Below are positions 18,649 through 28,442 of a stretch of 44,939 nt of DNA, piece by piece. Under the pieces are notes generated by a model that worked only from the letters and a program-made list of their open reading frames with translations, was not told the DNA's origin and ran no database searches. The first letter of the stretch is position 1. Each line of letters begins with the position of its first letter. Source of the stretch: Actinomycetota bacterium (lineage in GTDB: Bacteria; Actinomycetota; Humimicrobiia; Humimicrobiales; Humimicrobiaceae); the NCBI GenBank assembly GCA_028695395.1, contig JAQVJB010000001.1, positions 1 through 44,939 of the forward strand. Direction: 5' to 3'. The position numbers and the translations under genes were made by a program.

Positions 18649-19456
18649 AACAGCAAGTTTTAATCTACCCCAGGATATTATCGAATCTATTATGCAGGCT
18701 TGTTCTGCTGAAAAAAATATTACTGCCAGAAAAATACTTAAACTCATTTTAAAGAATTCAGAAACTGCTGCAAAAAAGAAGATACCGCTATGCCAGGACT
18801 GTGGAAGTGTTTATATAGATATCCTTATTGGAGACAATGTCTGTATAGAAAATTTTTCACTTTTGCAGGATTTGGCAGACCAGGCAGTTTCAGAAGCATA
18901 CGCTGAGAATTATTTGCGCAAATCTATTGTCTCCGACCCTCTTTTCAGAAGAGCAAATACAAATGAAAATACGCCGGCTTATTTAAGCGTATTGCCTGTT
19001 TGCGGTTTGCAAGGTCTTGAGATAAATATATCCCTGAAAGGGGGCGGAAGTGAAAATTGTACATTCCTTTATACCCTAAATCCTTCAGACGGGAAAGATT
19101 TAATAATCAATCATGTTGTCGAAGCAGTAAGAAAAAATGTAACAAAAGCGTGCCCTCCAGTAATTATAGGGATAGGTATTGGAGCAACATCCTCTAAAGT
19201 AAGTGAACTTGCGAGGAAAGCTGCTTTTAGGAATCTTAAATTACGAAATAGCGACGAAAAGTATAAAGCTCTGGAAAATATTATTCTTGAGAAGGTAAAT
19301 AAAACCGGTATAGGTCCTTCAGGCCTGGGTGGAATTACTACTGCCCTTGCTGTAAATATAGAATACATGCCTTGCCATATGGCTACATTACCGGTAGCTG
19401 TATCATTTGCATGTCACTCTCTCCGAAGGGCAAGTTCAAAAATATTGTTTCCCTGA
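18596..19456 (+). CDS. Fe-S type hydro-lyase (class I fumarate hydratase / tartrate dehydratase) alpha subunit
   Basis: PLCQDCGSVYIDI (CQDTG-like cluster motif), SLKGGGSEN, IIGIGIGATS and a C-terminal PVAVSFACHSLRRA, as expected for the about 280-aa alpha subunit. The start overlaps the topA 3-prime end by 53 nt. Confidence 0.85.
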   Translation: MKIIKITKIKSQIKKLIKTASFNLPQDIIESIMQACSAEKNITARKILKLILKNSETAAKKKIPLCQDCGSVYIDILIGDNVCIENFSLLQDLADQAVSEAYAENYLRKSIVSDPLFRRANTNENTPAYLSVLPVCGLQGLEINISLKGGGSENCTFLYTLNPSDGKDLIINHVVEAVRKNVTKACPPVIIGIGIGATSSKVSELARKAAFRNLKLRNSDEKYKALENIILEKVNKTGIGPSGLGGITTALAVNIEYMPCHMATLPVAVSFACHSLRRASSKILFP

Positions 19457-19959
19457 AGGTCGTAAGCTACAAAAAGAGGGAAATCTTTGATTTCAATTTC
19501 AAAAAGAGCTTCAGGTCCAAGGTCATGATATGCAATCTCTTTTATCTCTTTTATCTTAGAAGCCAGAATAGCAGAAATGCCGCCTGGGGCAATAAAATAA
19601 ATGCATTTATATCTTTTAAGCAACTCTCTTGCATATCTGCTTCTGTCACCCTTTCCTATGATTCCCTTTAGCCCTTTTTTTAACAGGGGCTCGGTCAAAT
19701 TGTCCATTCTTGCACTTGTAGTAGGGCCTACAGCTCCGCTTTTTCTTCCTGGTGGAACAGGAGAAGGACCTACATAAAAAATCACTGAGCCGTTTAGTTC
19801 AAATGGAAGATTTTCATTATTTTCTATGCTCTTGATGATTTTTTTATGAGCAGCATCTCTTGCACCATATATAATGCCGCTTAAAAGAATCTCATCTCCA
19901 GCTTTTAGAGAGAGGATATTTTTTTCCGTTAAGGGTGTTTTAAGTTTAAACTGGGTCAT
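19414..19959 (-). CDS. Fe-S type hydro-lyase (class I fumarate hydratase / tartrate dehydratase) beta subunit
   Basis: LSGIIYGARDAAHKKI, GPTTSARMD and IGKGDRS motifs of the beta subunit. 181 aa. Convergent with the alpha-subunit gene and overlapping it by 43 nt. Confidence 0.85.
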   Translation of the reverse strand: MTQFKLKTPLTEKNILSLKAGDEILLSGIIYGARDAAHKKIIKSIENNENLPFELNGSVIFYVGPSPVPPGRKSGAVGPTTSARMDNLTEPLLKKGLKGIIGKGDRSRYARELLKRYKCIYFIAPGGISAILASKIKEIKEIAYHDLGPEALFEIEIKDFPLFVAYDLQGNNIFELALRRE

Positions 19960-20001
19960 TATTATCTGCCAATACTTATTTCCTAAAATGATTTTTAAAA
20001 A

Positions 20002-20841
20002 TCAAAACTTATCCTGCTTATTCTTTTTAAAATAATTATCATAGCTGTATAGAGGTTTGGACCTGCGGTTTTCATTTTTTTTTCTAGTTGCATTCAGCAC
20101 TATGGCAACTATCAGGAATAGTATAAATAATAATACTATCCCCAGCAATACCAGCAGGAAGTATGAGAGTAATTTCTTTTTTTCCCCCTCGACGCTGATA
20201 AATCGCTGTTCCCCATATTTAATATCCCAAACTGCTATCCTATTATCACCTGTAAAATCAGAATTGCTCTTTAAGACATTGAAAGGAAATTTTATCTGGT
20301 ATGTGATTTTCAGAATTTCTCTATCAGTTTTAATAATACTGTCCAGGCGGTATAAATCTGAATTTACCCCCCCTGACTTGAGTACTGATTCATCGATTTT
20401 CATATCCACAAAATCTTCAAAAGAATATTTTGTGGAAAAGAATGATTCCTCTTTTTCTATCTTGGCATAAAATCTGTTAGGAGGATTCTCTGAAAAGTTA
20501 TCTATTGATACATGGGATAAAAAATTAATGTCTTCAAAATCAATTGTTGAGGTAAAATGGGTATAACCATCGCTTTCAGAGGTAGTTATTTCCCCTTCAG
20601 GAAGCGAATCGAAGATTTTATCAAAAAGAGGCTTGTCTTTACCAAGAGCAACTTCACCTTTTTTGATATATTCTGTTTTAACAGCAATATCTACTATTCT
20701 CTTGCCTGAAAAATCACTATTGACTTCGGTATAGATATCAAGAATTGTTTTATCGCAGGAAACAAGTAAAAGCATAATGAAGACAAGCAATAAGACCAAT
20801 AGGAGAAATTTAAATTTTAGTGAACCTGGCTTTATCATCAT
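20002..20841 (-). CDS. Hypothetical membrane-anchored protein (lipoprotein-type signal plus C-terminal TM helix)
   Basis: N-terminal hydrophobic segment ending in the lipobox-like LLVSC, a soluble middle domain of about 190 aa with no motif I recognise, a C-terminal TM helix (LLSYFLLVLLGIVLLFILFLIVAIVL) and a basic tail. Confidence 0.6.
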   Translation of the reverse strand: MMIKPGSLKFKFLLLVLLLVFIMLLLVSCDKTILDIYTEVNSDFSGKRIVDIAVKTEYIKKGEVALGKDKPLFDKIFDSLPEGEITTSESDGYTHFTSTIDFEDINFLSHVSIDNFSENPPNRFYAKIEKEESFFSTKYSFEDFVDMKIDESVLKSGGVNSDLYRLDSIIKTDREILKITYQIKFPFNVLKSNSDFTGDNRIAVWDIKYGEQRFISVEGEKKKLLSYFLLVLLGIVLLFILFLIVAIVLNATRKKNENRRSKPLYSYDNYFKKNKQDKF

Positions 20842-21053
20842 ACAAAGAGATTATCTAATTTTTTAAATTATAGTTTAAAAAATGAAATATAAAAATCAAT
20901 ATACCAGAATATGTTAAATTTATTAATTTTTTATATCTTTTTTAATAAAAAAAAGAAAAAAATAAATTAAAATTAAAATGATATAATAAAAATTTAAGTT
21001 AATAGAAATAAAAATACCAGAAAAGATTTTTTAAAAAAGCTAGCATATTAATT

Positions 21054-21776
21054 ATGGAATCAGAAAAAAAGGTTAATAAAAAAGGACTTCTTATAGCAAT
21101 TGAAGGTGTAGATTCAAGCGGGAAAGCTACTCAGACTAAAATATTGTATGAAAATATGAAAAAAGAAGGCAAAAAAGTTATGATGGTAGAATTCCCTGAC
21201 TATAAAAGCGATTCATCTGCTCTTATAAAAATGTACCTTAAGGGGGATTTTGGAAAAAATCCCAAAGAAGTTAACCCGTATGCTGCATCTATCTTTTTTG
21301 CATCAGACAGATTTGCTTCATTCAATACTACATGGAAAAAATTCTATGAAGGGGGAGGGGTAATTGTTTGTGACAGATATGTCACCTCTAATATGATTTA
21401 TCAGGCAGCCAAATTCAAAGATGGCAGGGAAAGAGAGGATTACCTTGACTGGCTTACGGATCTGGAGTTTGGCAAGTTAAAACTTCCTGTTCCAGATATT
21501 GTGGTTTTTTTGGATATTCCTCCCAGTTATTGTTCGCATCTTATAAAAAACAGGATGAACAAGATTACAGGCGAAAAAGAAAAAGATATTCATGAAAAAA
21601 ATGAAGGATATATGAAAAGAACTTATGAGGCAGCTTTACTTGTTGCCCGAAGATATAAATGGAAGATTTTAAACTGTATTGAGAATGGCCAGATGATGTC
21701 TATTGAAAAAATCAGCAGCCTTATAAAAAGACTTGCAGATGAAGCTTTAGCAAAAACTGATTTTCAGAACAAATAA
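21054..21776 (+). CDS. tmk: Thymidylate kinase
   Basis: P-loop LIAIEGVDSSGKATQ and a DRY-type motif (CDRYVTSNMIYQ). Conserved position upstream of holB. Confidence 0.9.
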   Translation: MESEKKVNKKGLLIAIEGVDSSGKATQTKILYENMKKEGKKVMMVEFPDYKSDSSALIKMYLKGDFGKNPKEVNPYAASIFFASDRFASFNTTWKKFYEGGGVIVCDRYVTSNMIYQAAKFKDGREREDYLDWLTDLEFGKLKLPVPDIVVFLDIPPSYCSHLIKNRMNKITGEKEKDIHEKNEGYMKRTYEAALLVARRYKWKILNCIENGQMMSIEKISSLIKRLADEALAKTDFQNK

Positions 21777-21791
21777 AGAAAGTGAAACATT

Positions 21792-22856
21792 TTGGAAATA
21801 AAGGATATTGAATTCCTTGATAATCATAATAGGGAGAATATTTTAAATATAAAACTTCTGAACCATAGCTTGGAAAAGAAAAATATTGCGCATGCTTTTC
21901 TTTTCAGCGGCACTAATTCGGACGGACTTTTAAATATAGCTCTTTTACTTTCTTGCGGCATTTTCTGCAATGATGGCGGATGTTTGAGATGCAAGGTTTG
22001 TAAGAACGTTTTAAATCTAAAGCACGCAGACTTGTTTTTACTAAAACCCTCAGGAGCATCTTTGAGCGCAGAAGAATTCAGAAAAGATTTTGAACAGAAA
22101 ATAAATAAGAAAGCTACAAACAGCCTGCACAGGATTACAATAATTCAGGAATGCGAAACCATGACCGCAGGGATAGCAGACCGGTTCCTGAAGATACTTG
22201 AAGATCCTCCTGGCGAAGATTTGATTTTTATTTTACTATCCGAAAATCTTGGTGCAATAAGAAAAACAATCAAATCCAGATGCCAGGTACTTAACTGGCA
22301 TTTTAATTCTGATTTTTCAAGCGAATACACTTTCAAGCTTGAAGAAGCTGCTTCTGGTACGGAAGTTCTTTTAATGAAGATAATCAGCAGAAAAGCGGAT
22401 ATAGAGGATGTTCTTGATTTCAGCTCAGGGATTGACGAAATGATAAATAAGCTTTCTGTAGAAATGAATGAAAGGCATAAAAAAGAAATAAGCTTCATAA
22501 AAAAAAGCGGAATGGATGAAGAATATATTTCGCGGCTGCTTAAAGATGCGGAAGAATCGCACAAGAGAGAGAAAAAGAAGTTTTCAAATTTAATAATTGC
22601 GCATGTTTTTGATATAATTTCTGCTTATGTTGAAGATATTATGGTGATAATGTCAGGTTTTGGAGATAAATTCCTTAACAGGAAAAATAATTATGAAGTA
22701 ATATATAAAAACTATTGCGACAATATGAAAGATAATAGAATATCAAGATTTAATGATATTCAGAGTAAGATTGCATTAAACAGGAAATCTTTGACAGAAA
22801 ATATAAATTATGAAATAGCACTTGACAGGATTCTTGCAGAACTTGTCTTTGCATAA
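21792..22856 (+). CDS. holB: DNA polymerase III delta-prime subunit
   Basis: Clamp-loader AAA+ fold with a degenerate P-loop (HAFLFSGTNSDG), Zn module CLRCKVCKNV, and SRC motif (TIKSRCQVL). tmk-holB-ricT synteny. TTG start. Confidence 0.8.
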   Translation: MEIKDIEFLDNHNRENILNIKLLNHSLEKKNIAHAFLFSGTNSDGLLNIALLLSCGIFCNDGGCLRCKVCKNVLNLKHADLFLLKPSGASLSAEEFRKDFEQKINKKATNSLHRITIIQECETMTAGIADRFLKILEDPPGEDLIFILLSENLGAIRKTIKSRCQVLNWHFNSDFSSEYTFKLEEAASGTEVLLMKIISRKADIEDVLDFSSGIDEMINKLSVEMNERHKKEISFIKKSGMDEEYISRLLKDAEESHKREKKKFSNLIIAHVFDIISAYVEDIMVIMSGFGDKFLNRKNNYEVIYKNYCDNMKDNRISRFNDIQSKIALNRKSLTENINYEIALDRILAELVFA

Positions 22857-22875
22857 ATATTAGAGAGGTGTTTTT

Positions 22876-23754
22876 ATGGCTTCTATAGTGGGAACCATAT
22901 TCAGGAGAAATGGTAATGTTTACTATCTTGATTGTTCGGACATAATTTTTACTGTGGGTGATAAAGTAATCTGCAGGCTTGAAGAAGTTATTGAGATAGG
23001 TGAAATAGTTAGTGTTTCAAACAGGATAAGCGAGGATATAATCCCCAGCGCTACAAAGAAGATAATCAGAAAGGCAACATATTACGATATGTCTGTAGAT
23101 GAACTCAACAAGGCGAAGGAAGCAGAAGGTTATAAAAAGTTTGAAGAACTTTCAAAAAAATATAATCTCCCAATGAAACTTGTAGATGTGCACATTATTT
23201 TCGATAAGAGCAAAATGATATTTTATTTTACTTCGGAAAAAAGGGTGGATTTTCGCGAGATGGTGAAAGAGCTTGCTTCTTATTTTAAAATGAGGATAGA
23301 GCTAAGGCAGATAGGCGTAAGGGATGAAGCGAAAATCGTAGGCGGTCTGGGGCCTTGCGGAATGAATCTTTGCTGTAAAAGTTTTTTAACTGATTTTGAA
23401 TCAATTTCAATCAAAATGGCAAAAGACCAGAATCTACCTTTAAATCCGCTTAAAATCTCAGGGATATGCGGTAGATTGATGTGCTGTCTTAAGTACGAAT
23501 ATGAAAGCTATAGGGATTTTGTCGATAATGCCCCTGAAAGAGGTATGCCGGTAAAATGCAGTTATGGAAAAGGGTTTATTTGCGGTTATGAACCCTTAAA
23601 ATCGAATGTAATAGTTGAATTTGAAAATGAAACCAGAGTAAGCATGCCGTTGGATGAGATAGAAATAGACACAGAAAGAAAAATGGAAATTCCTGAAACG
23701 GAAGAAAATCCAGACACTTTGCCGGATTCATTTGAAGATAGTTATCCTGAATAA
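22876..23754 (+). CDS. ricT: PSP1-domain protein (RicT/YaaT family)
   Basis: PSP1 C-terminal domain (MIFYFTSEKRVDFREMVKELASYFKMRIELRQIGVRDEAK) and Cys-rich LGPCGMNLCC...GICGRLMCCLKYE. AGAGAGGTG RBS. Confidence 0.85.
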   Translation: MASIVGTIFRRNGNVYYLDCSDIIFTVGDKVICRLEEVIEIGEIVSVSNRISEDIIPSATKKIIRKATYYDMSVDELNKAKEAEGYKKFEELSKKYNLPMKLVDVHIIFDKSKMIFYFTSEKRVDFREMVKELASYFKMRIELRQIGVRDEAKIVGGLGPCGMNLCCKSFLTDFESISIKMAKDQNLPLNPLKISGICGRLMCCLKYEYESYRDFVDNAPERGMPVKCSYGKGFICGYEPLKSNVIVEFENETRVSMPLDEIEIDTERKMEIPETEENPDTLPDSFEDSYPE

Positions 23755-23793
23755 AGCTTACAGGAAAAATTATAAATATTTTTAACTATATTT

Positions 23794-23869
23794 GCCGATG
23801 TAGCTCAACTGGCAGAGCAACTCATTCGTAATGAGTAGGTTACCGGTTCAATTCCGGTCATCGGCTCCA
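23794..23869 (+). tRNA. tRNA-Thr (anticodon CGU), CCA encoded
   Basis: Manual cloverleaf fold. Acceptor GCCGATG/CATCGGC is a perfect 7 bp. D arm GCTC-AACTGGCA-GAGC. Anticodon arm ACTCA-TTCGTAA-TGAGT places CGT at positions 34-36. Variable loop AGGTT. T arm ACCGG-TTCAATT-CCGGT. Discriminator T, then CCA. Confidence 0.93.
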
Positions 23870-23934
23870 TATATATTGTTATTTTATTATTTGTTTTTTA
23901 TTATTTAAATTATTTTATTTTGAAAGAGGTAATA

Positions 23935-25674
23935 TTGCTTCTGAACCATTTGAAGGAAAGATTCATTAAGGATATAACAATGCTATTCCCTGAGATAAAG
24001 AATCTGGGGGAAGATTCGTGTGAAAAAGTTCTCTCTTCCATAAGCCTTGAGGAACCGAAAAACCGTGAATTTGGAGATCTCACAACTAATGCTGCTATGG
24101 TACTTGCTTCTAAAGTCAGGAAGAAACCAGCAGATCTGGCAATTCTTATCAAAGATAAGATTCTTTATAAATATGAAGAAATTAAAGATGTAAGCGTGGC
24201 TGGCCCGGGATTTTTAAATATTAAATTAAAGGATTCATTTATTATTGAAAAAATACTCGATGTTTTCGAAAAACATGACAGTTATGGAAGCAATGATTTA
24301 GCAAAAGGGACGAAAATACAGATTGAATATGTAAGTTCCAACCCTACGGGCAATCTTCATATAGGACATGGTCGATGGGGGGTAATGGGAGATATACTTT
24401 CAAACATTTACTCATTAAATGGATTCGATGTCTGCAGAGAATATTATGTAAATGATTATGGCACTCAGGCAAAAATATTTTCCGAGTGTGTCAAGTCCGT
24501 TTATCTTGAGAAGTTCGATATGAAATATCCCTATCCCGAAGAAGGATATCCCAGGGATACAGTCTCAAATGTAGCAGATATCTTATTTGAAAAATTTGCT
24601 GATACTTTCATCAAAAACAAAAAAACTCTGGAATTTGATGACATTTCTTTTTCTAAAAATGCTATCGGGATAATGGTATCTTTTATATCTGATACTTTAA
24701 AGTCTATAGGGGTAGAGTTTGATGTATGGTTTTTCGAAAGCTCTCTTTACGGGGAAGGTTCATTTGAAAAGACTCTTGATTTTCTTAAAAAAAGAAAGCT
24801 CACATATGAAAAAGAAGAAGCTCTGTGGTTTAAATCAACTGCTTTTGGAGACGATAAAGACAGAGTAATAATCAGGAAAGATGGAAATCCGACTTATTTT
24901 GCTTCAGATATCATGTACCTTATGAATAAAAAAGAAAGAGCATTCGAGTATCTTCTCTATATACTTGGAGCAGATCATCACGGGTATATATCCAGGCTTA
25001 AGGCAATTGCAAGTTCTATAGGAATGGACAGCAAGAAAGTTTCTATTGTCATAGGACAGCTTGTTAGAATTGTAGAGGGAAGAGAAGTACAAAAAATGTC
25101 TAGAAGGAAAGGCAAAGGTTTTACGCTTGATGATCTTGTATCGGAGGTCGGCAAAGATGCAGTAAGATATTTCTTTTCAATGAATTCTTTTGATACGCAT
25201 CTTGATTTCGATATAAGCCTTGCAAAGAAAAAATCAAGTCAGAATCCGGTTTTTTATGTGCAATATGCTTTTGCAAGAGTCGGGAGCATAATCAGAAAAG
25301 CAGGCGAAAGCAGGCCTGGCAATATCGATGCAGATTTTATTTCCAGCATGGATGATTATGACTCACAAGCTTTCAAAGACTTTTTATTACGAATAGATAG
25401 AAATGATTTCAAGAATTCAAGTGAACGGAATCTTGCATGGACCATCCTGCTTTTACCTGATAATGTAAGAGATGCCTGCAAAAGCGATGCACCATATTTT
25501 ATAAACCAGTATCTTTACAGGCTTGCAAGTGAATTTCATTATTTTTATAAACATAATAAGATAATTAGCAAAGATAAAGTAAATATAAAAAGATTATTGC
25601 TTGCGCTTGCCGCAAGACTTGTTTTAAAGAAAGGCCTGGCAATCCTTGGAGTGTCAGCACCTGAAAGAATGTGA
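23935..25674 (+). CDS. argS: Arginine--tRNA ligase
   Basis: HIGH-type motif SSNPTGNLHIGHGR, KMSKS-equivalent QKMSRRKG, and a C-terminal DALR anticodon-binding domain ending in ...PERM. The track ORF starts at TTG 23920. In-frame TTG 23935 has AAGAGG 6 nt upstream. Confidence 0.92.
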   Translation: MLLNHLKERFIKDITMLFPEIKNLGEDSCEKVLSSISLEEPKNREFGDLTTNAAMVLASKVRKKPADLAILIKDKILYKYEEIKDVSVAGPGFLNIKLKDSFIIEKILDVFEKHDSYGSNDLAKGTKIQIEYVSSNPTGNLHIGHGRWGVMGDILSNIYSLNGFDVCREYYVNDYGTQAKIFSECVKSVYLEKFDMKYPYPEEGYPRDTVSNVADILFEKFADTFIKNKKTLEFDDISFSKNAIGIMVSFISDTLKSIGVEFDVWFFESSLYGEGSFEKTLDFLKKRKLTYEKEEALWFKSTAFGDDKDRVIIRKDGNPTYFASDIMYLMNKKERAFEYLLYILGADHHGYISRLKAIASSIGMDSKKVSIVIGQLVRIVEGREVQKMSRRKGKGFTLDDLVSEVGKDAVRYFFSMNSFDTHLDFDISLAKKKSSQNPVFYVQYAFARVGSIIRKAGESRPGNIDADFISSMDDYDSQAFKDFLLRIDRNDFKNSSERNLAWTILLLPDNVRDACKSDAPYFINQYLYRLASEFHYFYKHNKIISKDKVNIKRLLLALAARLVLKKGLAILGVSAPERM

Positions 25675-25703
25675 GAATTAAAGGTTTTCGGAAAGGAATT
25701 TAA

Positions 25704-27029
25704 ATGCTTTTACCACTTACAGTAAGAAAAAATAATTTAGATCATCTTGAAATAGGCGGTATTGATTTTAAGAAGCTTGCTGAAAAATATGACACTCCTC
25801 TTTACGTAGTGGATATCAAAACTGTTCAGAATCAATGCAGGGATTATATTAAAAATTTCATAAATGATATTTTTGATACCGAAATCATATATGCTTCCAA
25901 GGCTTTTAACTGTATTGCCATGTGCCAGCTTATAAATTCAGAGGGATTGTCCATAGATGTATCCACAGGGGGCGAATTATTTATTGCTTTAAAGAGCGGA
26001 TTTAAACCTTCAAAGATATATTTTCACGGAAATAATAAATCAGAGAAGGAAATAGAATTCGGAGTTGCTGAAAAAGTCGGTTGTTTTATTGTTGATAATT
26101 TTGAAGAAATAGATATTCTTGATAAAATTGCAGCCCAAAAAGGTGTCATACAAAAGATAATGATCAGGATAACTCCGGGCATACATGCTTCCACTCATGA
26201 ATATATCCAGACAGGCAAGGAAAAATCCAAATTCGGATTTAATGTCAATGGCGGTGTTGCCATGGAAGCTGTGAAAAAAATAATCACTAAAAAAAATCTA
26301 AAGCTTTCAGGAATTCATTCCCATATAGGTTCCCAGATATTTAATATCGAGCCATATGAAAAACTTGTTTCAGTGCAGTTAAATTTTATATCCCGGGTGC
26401 TTAAAGAGACAGGGCATCTTATGGATGAAATAAATATAGGTGGCGGTCTTGGAGTAAAGTATCTGAAGGACGACAATACGTCTTCAATCGCTGAATTTGC
26501 CGAGCTTGTAAAAAATTCTGTTTCAAAATATGCTTCAAAATATAATGTCAAAATAAAAAAACTAATGCTTGAACCAGGCAGGTCGATAATCGGCAATGCG
26601 GGTATTGCAATATATAGAATAGGAGTAAAAAAGCAAATCCCGGGCGTGCATAATTATATTTCAGTTGACGGGGGAATGAGTGATAATATAAGGCCTGTTC
26701 TTTACGGGGCAAAATACAGTTTGTTTGTTGCCAATAAAATGAGCATAATGGAAGAATCAGATGATAATCAGAAATGGGAAAAATATACTATTGTAGGCAA
26801 GCACTGCGAAAGCGGTGATATTCTTATAGAGGAAATATCTTTGCCTGATCTTGAGGTTGGAGACTATATTGTGCTCCCGACAACAGGAGCTTACTGTTTT
26901 TCAATGTCAAGCAATTATAATGGCCAGCCGCGTCCTGCAGTGATAGCGGTCAGCGATAAGAAGGAGCAGGTCTGGATTGTGCGTGAAAGTTATGAAGATT
27001 TAATTAAAAATCATAAGAAGTTGGTTTGA
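25704..27029 (+). CDS. lysA: Diaminopimelate decarboxylase
   Basis: PLP-lysine context YASKAF, TPLYVVD, HSHIGSQI, GGGLGV, EPGRSI and CESGD motifs of group IV decarboxylases (LysA). Confidence 0.92.
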   Translation: MLLPLTVRKNNLDHLEIGGIDFKKLAEKYDTPLYVVDIKTVQNQCRDYIKNFINDIFDTEIIYASKAFNCIAMCQLINSEGLSIDVSTGGELFIALKSGFKPSKIYFHGNNKSEKEIEFGVAEKVGCFIVDNFEEIDILDKIAAQKGVIQKIMIRITPGIHASTHEYIQTGKEKSKFGFNVNGGVAMEAVKKIITKKNLKLSGIHSHIGSQIFNIEPYEKLVSVQLNFISRVLKETGHLMDEINIGGGLGVKYLKDDNTSSIAEFAELVKNSVSKYASKYNVKIKKLMLEPGRSIIGNAGIAIYRIGVKKQIPGVHNYISVDGGMSDNIRPVLYGAKYSLFVANKMSIMEESDDNQKWEKYTIVGKHCESGDILIEEISLPDLEVGDYIVLPTTGAYCFSMSSNYNGQPRPAVIAVSDKKEQVWIVRESYEDLIKNHKKLV

Positions 27030-27030
27030 A

Positions 27031-28356
27031 ATGAAAAATTCAAATGAAAATATTGTAAATATTGGAATAATAGGCTTGGGATATATAGGGACAGGGGTTT
27101 TTAAATTAATTGAGAGCCAGAAAACCTATATTGCCCAGAAAACGGGGAAAATCCTTAAAATTGTAAAAGCAGCCGATAAAGAGATTAATAAAAGGTCAGT
27201 TCCTTTTATGGAATACTATGAAGGCAAAGTTGTTTTTACTGATAAAGTCGACGATGTGATAAATGATGAGGAAATAGATATAGTGGTCGAACTTGTAGGA
27301 GGCATTGAGCCTGCTTACGATTATGTATTAAGGTCATTAAATAAAGGGAAATATGTTGTGACTGCAAATAAAGACCTTATTGCAAATAAGGGTGAAAGTC
27401 TTTTTAAAGCAGCTGAGGAAAATAATGTGGATATATTATTTGAAGCCAGTGTTGGCGGAGGCATTCCCATTATAGGTCCCATGAAGACTTCTCTGGCAGC
27501 AAATAATATCAATAAAATTGTCGGCATCGTCAACGGTACGACTAATTATATTCTTACAAGAATGCAAAAAGACGAGCTAAGCTTTCATGAGGCTTTAAAG
27601 ATTGCACAGGATCTCGGATTTGCAGAAAAAGTAAATCCTGATGCTGATATTGAAGGAAACGACGCTGCATGCAAGCTTGCAATCCTTTCTTCAATAGCTT
27701 TTAATTCCAGGGTTACTTTTAAGGATGTTTATAAAGAAGGAATAAAAATGGTAACGCTTGACGATATTAAATTTGCTGATGATCTGGGATACACGATAAA
27801 GCTTCTGGCTATCGGGAGCAATGAAGGAAATTCTGTATGTGTAAGAGTTCACCCTGCACTTGTTCCAAAAGAACATATATTATCATCGATAAATTATGCT
27901 AATAATGCTGTTTACCTTTACGGTAATTTTGTCGGTGAAGTCATGAGCTACGGGCTGGGCGCAGGAGACAGGCCGACAGCAAGTTCAGTTGTAGGTGATA
28001 TAATACAAGTTGCAAAAAACCTTGACCGCCGCAGGAAAAGACCTGTATTCGGATGTACGTGTTTTATACAAAAAGAAATAAAGCCTATCGAAGAAATAAA
28101 TAATAAATTTTACGCTCTTATTGAAGTCAGGGATCAGCCTGGCGTTCTTGCAAAGATAGCCTCTGTGTTTGGCAAAAATAACGTATCTATCGAGTCGATG
28201 ATACAAAAACAGACAACAGAAAGCGGTTCTGCACAGATTGTATTTATAACCCACAGGGTGCTTAATAAGAATATGAATAAATCCATTAAGGAAATTAAAA
28301 AACTTGATGTTGTAAGCAAAGTGCTTAATATGATAAGGGTGGAAGATCTTGGCTGA
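27031..28356 (+). CDS. hom: Homoserine dehydrogenase with C-terminal ACT domain
   Basis: NAD-binding IGIIGLGYIGTG, catalytic-domain motifs (VTANKDL; EASVGGGIPII; GIVNGTTNYIL) and a C-terminal ACT (FYALIEVRDQPGVLAKIASVFGKNNVSIESM). Confidence 0.92.
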   Translation: MKNSNENIVNIGIIGLGYIGTGVFKLIESQKTYIAQKTGKILKIVKAADKEINKRSVPFMEYYEGKVVFTDKVDDVINDEEIDIVVELVGGIEPAYDYVLRSLNKGKYVVTANKDLIANKGESLFKAAEENNVDILFEASVGGGIPIIGPMKTSLAANNINKIVGIVNGTTNYILTRMQKDELSFHEALKIAQDLGFAEKVNPDADIEGNDAACKLAILSSIAFNSRVTFKDVYKEGIKMVTLDDIKFADDLGYTIKLLAIGSNEGNSVCVRVHPALVPKEHILSSINYANNAVYLYGNFVGEVMSYGLGAGDRPTASSVVGDIIQVAKNLDRRRKRPVFGCTCFIQKEIKPIEEINNKFYALIEVRDQPGVLAKIASVFGKNNVSIESMIQKQTTESGSAQIVFITHRVLNKNMNKSIKEIKKLDVVSKVLNMIRVEDLG

Positions 28357-28442
28357 TATTTAATTATCGCTTAAATAAGCTAAAAGGAATTATTTCGTTA
28401 AAAACCATCCAGAAAAATTTTTTATAGAAAAGGAAATATAAA

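Noticed and set aside
19380-21053. Invertible DNA segment bounded by inverted repeats around the minus-strand block (fumarase beta plus the hypothetical protein).
   Set aside because: No matching inverted repeats were seen at the two boundaries (19400-19460 versus 19960-20010 or 20842-21053). No recombinase gene is nearby.
23794-23934. tRNA-Thr as an integration hotspot flanking an island.
   Set aside because: The genes on both sides are housekeeping (ricT, argS). No integrase is present, and no repeat of the tRNA 3-prime end was noticed downstream.
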